The notes under the pieces: generated by a model
Databases searched by the model: none
What the model was told of the DNA's origin: nothing
The model's input: the letters and a program-made list of their open reading frames with translations, nothing else
Part shown: one piece after another, positions 56,846 through 64,000 of the stretch
Position numbering within the stretch: position 1 is the stretch's first letter
Layout: every line of letters begins with the position of its first letter
Program-made: the position numbers and the translations under genes
Assembly: GCA_020351835.1 (NCBI GenBank)
Contig: CP070669.1
Location: forward strand, 1,872,673-1,936,672
DNA from: Nitrospirota bacterium
Lineage (GTDB): Bacteria > Nitrospirota > Thermodesulfovibrionia > Thermodesulfovibrionales > BMS3Bbin05
DNA length: 64,000 nt
Direction: 5' to 3'

Positions 56846-58480
56846 CTACATTCTCTCGGGTGAAGTTATCCCCAGGATAGCAAGCCCTCTCTCCAGCACA
56901 AGCATAACTGCTCTGCACAGGGCCAGCCTCGCCAAGCTGAGGTCCCTGTCATCGGTCAGCACCCTGTGTGAATTATAATATGGATGGAACAGGCCTGCGA
57001 GCTCCTGAAGATAATAGGTTATCCTGTGAGGCTCTCTGGCAAAAACGGCTCCTTCGAACATCATGGGATAGTATAGTATCTTTTTGATCAATCTCAGTTC
57101 TTCAGGCTCGGTCAATCTGTTAATAACAGAATCATCCTGTGAATTTACATTAAATCCTTCATCCGAAGCCTTCCTGAAGATACTGTTGATCCTTGCAAAA
57201 GCATATTGCACATAAAATACGGGATTCTCGGATGACTGTTTCTTTGCCTCCTCGAGATCGAACTCCAGATGACTATCCGGTTTTCTCGTAAGGAAGATGA
57301 ACCTCGTAGTATCGACACCTATCTCGTCCATCACCTCCCTGAGAGTCACGAAATTCCCGGCCCTTTTGGACATCTGGACAGGCTCGCCACTTCTCAGCAA
57401 TGATACCATCTGAACGAGAATTACCTTAAGGTGTCCGGGGTCGAACCCCACTGCTTTTATTGCAGACCTCACTCTCTTAACATATCCGTGATGGTCCGCA
57501 CCCCAAATATTTATCAGTTCCCCAAACCCTTTTTGAGCTTTTAAATAGTGATACGCAATATCAGATGCAAAATAGGTATACTGGCCGTCGCTCTTTATTA
57601 TGACCCTGTCCTTATCGTCGCCAAATTCAGTGGACCTGAACCAGGTCGCACCTTCGTCCTCATATACCAGGTCCTTCTTTTTCAGCAGGTCTATAAGTCC
57701 ATCCACATGCCCTTCGGAGAATATATCTCTCTCACTCTGGAAAGAATCAAAGAAGACAGAAAATTCTTTGAGATCCCTTTCAATCTCTTCAAGCATTAGT
57801 TTGTATGAGTGGTCGATAAAATTGTCCGAACATTCATCAAAGGGAATATCACAATATTTCTTGCCTTCTTTATCGAAAATATTATTTGCTATATCCGATA
57901 CATACTCACCCTTGTATCCGTCATCGGGAAATTTAATCTCTTTATTACAAAGCTCAAGGTAACGCGCATACACCGATTCGCCAAGAAGCCTGACCTGCCT
58001 GCCGGAATCATTTACATAGAACTCCTTCTCTACGTTATATCCGGCCGCGGTCAACATATTGGCCAGCACTGAGCCGACGACGGCACCTCTTCCGTGTCCG
58101 AGGTGAAGGGGACCGGTCGGATTAGCACTCACGAACTCTATCTGCACCTTTTCACCCCTCCCGACGTCTCTCTTCACATATCCATCCGCATCTTTAATAA
58201 ATGCACTAAGTTCATTATGCAAGTATGTTCCGGACAGAAAGAAATTTATGAATCCAGGCCCCGCAACCTCTATCTTCTCAAAGGAAGGATCATTACCGAT
58301 AGCACCTGCTATATCTTCGGCTATTGCCCTTGGGGCCTTTTTCAGTTTGCTTGCAAGCACCATGGCCACAGGAGTCGAGATATCACCATGGCCTTCTTCT
58401 CTCGGGACCTCTATCTCTACAGATGAGACCTCTATCCCAAGCTCTTTAAGGGCGTTATTTATGAGATCTTTTACTATCAT
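56846..58480 (-). CDS. argS: Arginine--tRNA ligase
   Basis: 544 aa. SANPTGPLHLGHGRGAV (HIGH region), a class I core, and a C-terminal DALR anticodon-binding domain ending in M. Confidence 0.95.
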   Translation of the reverse strand: MIVKDLINNALKELGIEVSSVEIEVPREEGHGDISTPVAMVLASKLKKAPRAIAEDIAGAIGNDPSFEKIEVAGPGFINFFLSGTYLHNELSAFIKDADGYVKRDVGRGEKVQIEFVSANPTGPLHLGHGRGAVVGSVLANMLTAAGYNVEKEFYVNDSGRQVRLLGESVYARYLELCNKEIKFPDDGYKGEYVSDIANNIFDKEGKKYCDIPFDECSDNFIDHSYKLMLEEIERDLKEFSVFFDSFQSERDIFSEGHVDGLIDLLKKKDLVYEDEGATWFRSTEFGDDKDRVIIKSDGQYTYFASDIAYHYLKAQKGFGELINIWGADHHGYVKRVRSAIKAVGFDPGHLKVILVQMVSLLRSGEPVQMSKRAGNFVTLREVMDEIGVDTTRFIFLTRKPDSHLEFDLEEAKKQSSENPVFYVQYAFARINSIFRKASDEGFNVNSQDDSVINRLTEPEELRLIKKILYYPMMFEGAVFAREPHRITYYLQELAGLFHPYYNSHRVLTDDRDLSLARLALCRAVMLVLERGLAILGITSPERM

Positions 58481-58687
58481 AAGTCCTCATGATCATTGGA
58501 AATTTAGAATATCATACAAAGATAAAAAATATCTAACTTTGTCATTGATACTAGAAATACGAAAGCTATTCATAACTTGACAATGTCTATTTACTGTGAC
58601 AGTATTAATTAACACACTGAAGACTATAAATATCTTTTCATTGAGGGGCGCTTATTCGGATCCGGGATCAATATCTCGGAATTTTTT

Positions 58688-61600
58688 GTGTTTGTCCGTA
58701 CTGATATGAGCGACGAAAAGAAGACAAAAAAAGAGCTTATAGCTGAACTAAAAAAACTGCGCCGGAAGGTCTCGAGCATTGAGAAGCAAAAAGATAGACC
58801 TTTGAGCCCGTCTCGGCCTCATTCCATGCCTCCGTCCTTGATCAGCAAGATATGCGATCAGTCCCCCAGTATGGTATTCATAAATGCAAAGGGCAAGATC
58901 GTATATGTGAACCGCAGATGCACAGAGATAATGGGTTATTCAAAAAAGGAGTTCTATTCACCTGACTTCGATTTCCTTGACCTGATAGCTCCCGATCACC
59001 TAAATGGAATAAAAGCTAATTTTAAAAAGCATATGAAGGGCGAAGATGTGCCCCCTTACGAATATGCCGTAATAACGAAAAAAGGCAAGAGAATAGAAAC
59101 AATAATAACCACTAAGCTTATAGATTATGAGGGACAGAGAGCGATCCTTGGAATAGTTACCGATATCTCCAAGAGGAAGAAGGCCGAGATCGTACTTCAA
59201 GAGTCTGAAGAGAAGTTCCGTCATATATTTGAGAACTCTCCACTTGGCATATCCCATTTTGACATGAAAGGTAAAATAGTCGACTGCAACAAGGCTTTGA
59301 TCAAAATGCTGGGTTCTTCAAAGAAGAAGGTAATAGGCTTCGATGCTATGAAGAAGTTCAAAGAAAAAGAGCAGAAAGCTGCGCTGAACAGCGCATTGTC
59401 AGGAAGGGTCGGTGTATACGAAGGCATGTATAAGTCTCTGACAGGGACAAGATCTCTTTATATGAAGACTGTTTATGGCCCTATTTTTAATAAAGCAAAA
59501 GAGATCACAGGATGCATTGCTATAACCGAGGATATAACAGAAAAAAAGCTGGTCGAAAAGGAACTCAGAGAAAAAGATGCGCTTCATTCATTGATGTTAA
59601 GCTCTCTCCCCATAGCGTATTATATTGCTCAGCCCTTTGATAAGTTTGGAGGGACCTGGGTAAGTAACCAGATAGACCGTATCTGTGGATTCAAACCCAA
59701 GGATTTCTCAAAGGACATAGATCTATGGTCAAAGAGGCTCCACCCTGACGACCGTGACAGGACGCTAAAGGAATTCTCACAAATAACTAAACATGATGCA
59801 GTTAAACTGGAATACCGCTGGAAAGCTAAAAACGGCACATATAAGTGGTTCCTGGACAATGCCGTGCTGATAAGGGATGAGAAAGGGAGTCCGCGAGAGG
59901 TAGTCGGCACCTGGCAGGATATCACCGCAATAAAGTCTAATGAAAAGAGACTGGAAGCACTCTTTGATTCCGCTACCGATGCCATATTCATTATCGACAT
60001 GAAAGGGAATTTCATAGATCTCAACAGAACCGCCCATGAAAGGCTCGGTTACTCCAAGGAAGAGATGCTCTCAATGCATATCTCTGAGCTCGACTCGCCG
60101 GAGTTCTCTTCCAGGGTCCCGGAACGTCTTGAGAAAATAATTAAGGACGATCAGGTGATATTTGAATCCGCTCATTTAAGAAAGGATGGGACCGTAATGC
60201 CGGTTGAAGTGAACAGCCGGTTAATGGATTATGATGGTCAAAAGGTCTTCTTTTCAGTAATACGTGATATTACTAAACGGAAGTTGGCCGAGGAAGAGGT
60301 CAGGGATGCTTATTCGTCGCTTGAAAGAGAAAAAGCAAGAACAGAAGCCATAGTCGCTGCAATGGGTGACGGTATAAGCATCCAGTCTACAGACTATAAG
60401 ATCCTCTACCAGAACGATGTTCATAAGGGATTAATAGGCGACCACGAAGGCAAGTTGTGCTATGAGGCATATGAGCTAAGAAAAGAGACATGCGAAGGTT
60501 GTCCCGTAGCGTCGGCATTCCATGATGGACGAGTGCACACTACTGTGCGTAATGTCGACTTTGATGATGGAAGACACTACTTTGAGATAACCGCATCCCC
60601 ACTAAAGGACTCAAGCGGCAGACCCATTGCAGGCATTGAGATAGTCAGGGACATCACCGGTCGAAAACGTCTCGAGGATGACCTTCGTGAAAGCAAGGAC
60701 AGGTTCCAGTCACTGGTCGAATCTACGAGCGACTGGATATGGGAGATCAATGAACAGGGACAGTATACATATTGCAGCCCAAGGGTAAATGATATTCTAG
60801 GGTTCACACCGGAAGAGCTCATAGGCAAGACACCTTTTGATCTCATGCCCGAGGATGAAGCAATTAGAGTAAGTGGAATTCTTAAGGACATCTTAGCAAA
60901 AAAAGCTCCCATTTCAGGTCTTGAGAACATTAATTTACATAAGAACGGAAATAGGTTAGTTCTTGAAACGAGCGGATTGCCTATCCTTGACAGTACCGGA
61001 ACATTAAAAGGTTATCGCGGAATTGATAGAGATATCACAGCAAGGAAACATACGGAGGAAATGCTTCGCCAGCGCGAACAGACTTATCGCTCCCTTATTG
61101 AATCAACCTCGGCTATCGCCTGGGATTTCGATCTTGCAGATATGAGGTTCCTGTATGTCAGCCCGCAGGCTGAGCGTATCACGGGATATCATCCTGCTAA
61201 ATGGACCGACTTCAATTTCTGGGCAAACATGATAGCTCCTGAGGACCGCGAATGGGTACCCCGGCACTGTGCAAAAGAGACCGACGCAGGAAGAGATCAT
61301 GAAATGGAGTACAGGATAATAGCGGCAAACGGCGACAGGAAATGGCTACGCGAGATCGTTTCTGTAATAAAAGATGGTGATAAGGCCGTAAAGTTAAGGG
61401 GCTTCATGTTCGACATTACCGAGCGCAAGGACCTGGAGGAACGGCTTAGAACATCAAGGAACCTGGAGTCACTCGGGATCCTTGCCGGAGGAATAGCTCA
61501 CGATTTTAATAACCTGCTTACAAGCATTCTGGGTAATATCTCACTGGCGAGGTCCATGACGGATGAGGTAAAAATAAGCGCCAGGCTGAACATTGCAGAG

Positions 61601-62584
61601 AACGCATCACTTAGGGCAAAGGACCTTACACAGCAATTACTTACATTTTCAAAGGGCGGAGCTCCGGTAAAGAGATCGACTCGTATTACTGATATCATTA
61701 CTGATTCAGCAAACTTCGCTCTCAGTGGATCGAACATACAGAGGGTATTTGATATAGGTTCGGATATCTGGCCAGTGACCGTAGACGAAGGTCAGATCAG
61801 TCAGGTAATTCATAACCTGACCATCAATGCCAGAGAAGCTATGCCTCAGGGAGGAACCCTTACCATCAAAGTAGCGAACATGGAAATGACATCTAACAAC
61901 AACCTCCCGGTCCCGGACGGGGAATATGTAATGATATCCGTAATAGATCAGGGAAAGGGTATCTCGAATGAACATATTTCGAAGGTTTTCGATCCATACT
62001 TTTCGACAAAGGAAATGGGTATCCAGAAGGGTATGGGACTTGGCCTCACGATCTGCTATTCGATAGTCAAGAACCATGATGGTCTTATCACGGTAGAGTC
62101 GGAGCTTAACAAGGGCACTTCATTTCATATTTTTTTACCCGCAACCAAAGAAGATGTTACAGGTGATGAAGTGACCTTTCCAGCGGGAGTAATAGATACG
62201 AGCGGAAGCGGAAAGGTCCTTTTCATGGACGATGAGGAGATAGTCAGGGACGTGGCGCTGTCGATGCTTGAACAGCTGGGCTATGAGGCCGTTCCGGCTA
62301 AAAACGGAGAGGAGGCTATCAAAATATACAGGGACGCAATAAATAAGGACAAACCGTTCAGTGCTGTCATTCTTGACCTGACCATAGCCGGGGGAATGGG
62401 AGGAGAAAAAGCTGTTAAAGGCATCCTGGAGCTGGACCCTGATGCCAGGGTACTAATTTCAAGCGGATACACTAACGATCCTGTAATAGCCAGCTATGAG
62501 GAATACGGTTTTAAAGGATTTGTTATTAAGCCTTATAAGATCGAGGACCTCGGGATACTCCTAAAGGACATCATTTCGGGTTAA
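58688..62584 (+). CDS. Hybrid sensor histidine kinase: coiled coil, about seven PAS/PAC modules, HisKA, HATPase_c, REC
   Basis: 1298-aa ORF. Repeated ...DITERK/DITKRK/DITGRK PAC ends. H-box AHDFNNLLTSILG. GMGLGLTICYSIV G2 box. Receiver with VLFMDDE...ILDLTIAGGMGG. No TM segments seen. ATG 58706 (MSDEKK...) is an alternative start to GTG 58688. Confidence 0.9.
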   Translation: MFVRTDMSDEKKTKKELIAELKKLRRKVSSIEKQKDRPLSPSRPHSMPPSLISKICDQSPSMVFINAKGKIVYVNRRCTEIMGYSKKEFYSPDFDFLDLIAPDHLNGIKANFKKHMKGEDVPPYEYAVITKKGKRIETIITTKLIDYEGQRAILGIVTDISKRKKAEIVLQESEEKFRHIFENSPLGISHFDMKGKIVDCNKALIKMLGSSKKKVIGFDAMKKFKEKEQKAALNSALSGRVGVYEGMYKSLTGTRSLYMKTVYGPIFNKAKEITGCIAITEDITEKKLVEKELREKDALHSLMLSSLPIAYYIAQPFDKFGGTWVSNQIDRICGFKPKDFSKDIDLWSKRLHPDDRDRTLKEFSQITKHDAVKLEYRWKAKNGTYKWFLDNAVLIRDEKGSPREVVGTWQDITAIKSNEKRLEALFDSATDAIFIIDMKGNFIDLNRTAHERLGYSKEEMLSMHISELDSPEFSSRVPERLEKIIKDDQVIFESAHLRKDGTVMPVEVNSRLMDYDGQKVFFSVIRDITKRKLAEEEVRDAYSSLEREKARTEAIVAAMGDGISIQSTDYKILYQNDVHKGLIGDHEGKLCYEAYELRKETCEGCPVASAFHDGRVHTTVRNVDFDDGRHYFEITASPLKDSSGRPIAGIEIVRDITGRKRLEDDLRESKDRFQSLVESTSDWIWEINEQGQYTYCSPRVNDILGFTPEELIGKTPFDLMPEDEAIRVSGILKDILAKKAPISGLENINLHKNGNRLVLETSGLPILDSTGTLKGYRGIDRDITARKHTEEMLRQREQTYRSLIESTSAIAWDFDLADMRFLYVSPQAERITGYHPAKWTDFNFWANMIAPEDREWVPRHCAKETDAGRDHEMEYRIIAANGDRKWLREIVSVIKDGDKAVKLRGFMFDITERKDLEERLRTSRNLESLGILAGGIAHDFNNLLTSILGNISLARSMTDEVKISARLNIAENASLRAKDLTQQLLTFSKGGAPVKRSTRITDIITDSANFALSGSNIQRVFDIGSDIWPVTVDEGQISQVIHNLTINAREAMPQGGTLTIKVANMEMTSNNNLPVPDGEYVMISVIDQGKGISNEHISKVFDPYFSTKEMGIQKGMGLGLTICYSIVKNHDGLITVESELNKGTSFHIFLPATKEDVTGDEVTFPAGVIDTSGSGKVLFMDDEEIVRDVALSMLEQLGYEAVPAKNGEEAIKIYRDAINKDKPFSAVILDLTIAGGMGGEKAVKGILELDPDARVLISSGYTNDPVIASYEEYGFKGFVIKPYKIEDLGILLKDIISG

Positions 62585-62595
62585 TAGTTAGGTTG

Positions 62596-63012
62596 TCAAT
62601 CCCCTATTATCTTGACCAATGCTCTTTTCTTCCTTCTACCGTCGAACTCTCCGTAAAATATCCTCTCCCATGTACCAAGGTCAAGCTTTCCGTCAGTTAC
62701 AGCCACCACTACCTCACGGCCCATTATCTGACGCTTCATGTGGGCATCTGCATTGTCCTCGCCGACATTATGTCTGTACTGGGAGACCGGTTCGTGAGGC
62801 GCAAGCTTCTCCAGCCATACATCATAGTCATGATGAAGACCGGACTCGTCATCATTTATAAAAACGGATGCAGTGATATGCATCGCGTTACACAGGACAA
62901 GACCCTCCTTTATGCCGCTATCATCGATACACTGCTGAACTTCAGAGGTTATATTGATAAATGCACGTCTGGTTGGCACATTGAACCAGAGCTCTTTACG
63001 GTATGATCTCAT
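62596..63012 (-). CDS. yjbQ: YjbQ/UPF0047 family protein (secondary thiamine-phosphate synthase-like)
   Basis: 138 aa. [12 protein letters not shown]...[20 protein letters not shown]...[40 protein letters not shown] matches the family pattern. Confidence 0.85.
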   Translation of the reverse strand: MRSYRKELWFNVPTRRAFINITSEVQQCIDDSGIKEGLVLCNAMHITASVFINDDESGLHHDYDVWLEKLAPHEPVSQYRHNVGEDNADAHMKRQIMGREVVVAVTDGKLDLGTWERIFYGEFDGRRKKRALVKIIGD

Positions 63013-63019
63013 TAGCTGG

Positions 63020-63958
63020 TCAGGCTATCTCGATCCTGTTGCGTCCGTTCAACTTTGCATCATACATAGCAAGGTCCGCTTGATGAATAAGCTTTTCGTG
63101 TGAATCGATATCTCCGTTCGGTATACCGGCAATTCCTATACTCAGTGTGACATCACTGCCTGACACGCCACTGAACTGATGGTCATTCATAGCTGTCGCT
63201 ATTCTGTTTGCCAGATGAATAGAGTCCTCCTTCTTCGTCTGACTGCACAGCACTATGAACTCCTCACCACCCCATCGTGCTGGTGTATCTACTTCCCTTA
63301 TACATTCTTTTATTATCTGGCCTATCTCCTTCAATACCTTATCGCCGACCTGATGACCGTAACTATCATTTATGTCTTTGAACTTGTCTATATCCATTAC
63401 CAGGCATGAAAGCGGTGTATTATATCTTTTGGACTTCTTGAACTCCTTTTCTATCACTGTTTCGAAGCGTCGCCTGTTATAAAGGTCGGTCAGCGGATCG
63501 GTAATCGCCAGATATTCCACCCTCGCCAGCAAACCCTCAAGCTGCCTGTTCTTCTCCTTAAGCTCATCCTGAAGTGATTTGGTCCTCAAACTGGCATATA
63601 TCCTAGCGTTCAGCTCCACCTCGTTGTATGGTTTGGAAAGATAGTCATCAGCTCCCGATTCAAGACTGGTGACCTTATCATCTACAGAATCTTTAACGGT
63701 GAGCATTATGATTGGAATGCCCTTGGTCTCGGCATCGACCTTAAGCCACCTGCATATCTCATTACCGCTTATATCAGGCAGAACAAGGTCCAGAAGGATG
63801 ATATCTATTGCCTCTGTTTTTGCGACCTTGATCGCAGACTTGCCGTCAGCGACCCATACTACGTCATAGCTGTTATTCTCAAGAAACTCCTTTGCGACCT
63901 TTGCCTGGGCCTCACTGTCCTCTACAAGCAATATCTTTGCCTTGAACGCTTTCATCAC
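63020..63958 (-). CDS. Response regulator receiver + GGDEF diguanylate cyclase
   Basis: 312 aa. REC (ILLVEDS...ILLDLVLPD), coiled linker, GGDEF domain with [12 protein letters not shown], intact RWGGEEF active site and an upstream KRYNTP-type I-site region. Confidence 0.9.
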   Translation of the reverse strand: MMKAFKAKILLVEDSEAQAKVAKEFLENNSYDVVWVADGKSAIKVAKTEAIDIILLDLVLPDISGNEICRWLKVDAETKGIPIIMLTVKDSVDDKVTSLESGADDYLSKPYNEVELNARIYASLRTKSLQDELKEKNRQLEGLLARVEYLAITDPLTDLYNRRRFETVIEKEFKKSKRYNTPLSCLVMDIDKFKDINDSYGHQVGDKVLKEIGQIIKECIREVDTPARWGGEEFIVLCSQTKKEDSIHLANRIATAMNDHQFSGVSGSDVTLSIGIAGIPNGDIDSHEKLIHQADLAMYDAKLNGRNRIEIA

Positions 63959-64000
63959 ATTTCGCTTTAAGTCGATAAAGAATCCATTTTTTTAAACGGT

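Noticed and set aside
62593-63006. 137-aa plus-strand ORF mirroring yjbQ
   Set aside because: The minus-strand product matches the YjbQ/UPF0047 pattern along its whole length. The plus-strand translation has no recognisable features.
1-64000. CRISPR arrays, IS elements, prophage, toxin-antitoxin or known defence-system genes
   Set aside because: I found no regularly spaced direct repeats. I also found no transposase, integrase, recombinase, nuclease, helicase or reverse-transcriptase-like ORFs. All intergenic regions are short (under 270 nt) and are explained by promoters, terminators or tRNAs.

Overview
This is a densely coded chromosomal window of about 60 genes. I found no rRNA, CRISPR array, transposase, integrase or phage genes. 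Gene content points to an anaerobic diderm bacterium: TolC/RND efflux, LPS heptosyltransferases, multihaem cytochromes, hypAB and Wood-Ljungdahl entry enzymes. That organism call is inference only.

Layout, left to right:
- 1-4952: OMF-RND-MFP efflux operon.
- 5102-6407: hypB, hypA and a YtxH-like gene.
- 6506-12814: conserved housekeeping string pth, ctc/rplY, prs, tRNA-Gln, ispE, followed by a TPR protein and a radical SAM/SPASM protein.
- 12892-21627: priA, ribF, def, fmt, DUF116, rsmI and nadE.
- 21721-30347: a NarL-type two-component system sits next to a five-gene membrane redox module (cytochrome c, 4x[4Fe-4S] protein, NrfD-like protein, 13-haem cytochrome, cytochrome b). Two unrecognised paralogous small membrane proteins precede the module.
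- 31048-32040: a broken M56 peptidase gene.
- 32231-42015: a trehalose, alpha-glucan and LPS-core block (TreT-like, OtsA-OtsB fusion, GlgP, two GT9 genes) with tRNA-Gly.
- 42991-49164: yeeE, then a secreted beta-propeller carrying a CxxCH motif, then a LolCDE-like type VII ABC transporter.
- 49869-56685: fhs and an FdsGBA-like formate dehydrogenase.
- 56846-63958: argS, a 1298-aa multi-PAS hybrid kinase, yjbQ and a REC-GGDEF cyclase.

Most notable observations:
- The formate dehydrogenase alpha gene is split by the ORF caller at an in-frame TGA. The context is a textbook selenocysteine site and a SECIS-like hairpin follows.
- The syntenic priA has lost the Walker A, DExH and motif VI signatures.
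- The tandem small membrane proteins share a near-identical FEWRPTEAYLxGKKKK tail.
- The sensor kinase next to the cytochrome operon has a CxxCH motif in its periplasmic domain.

I see no clear defence or mobile system. The novelty candidates are modest and are flagged with their limits.
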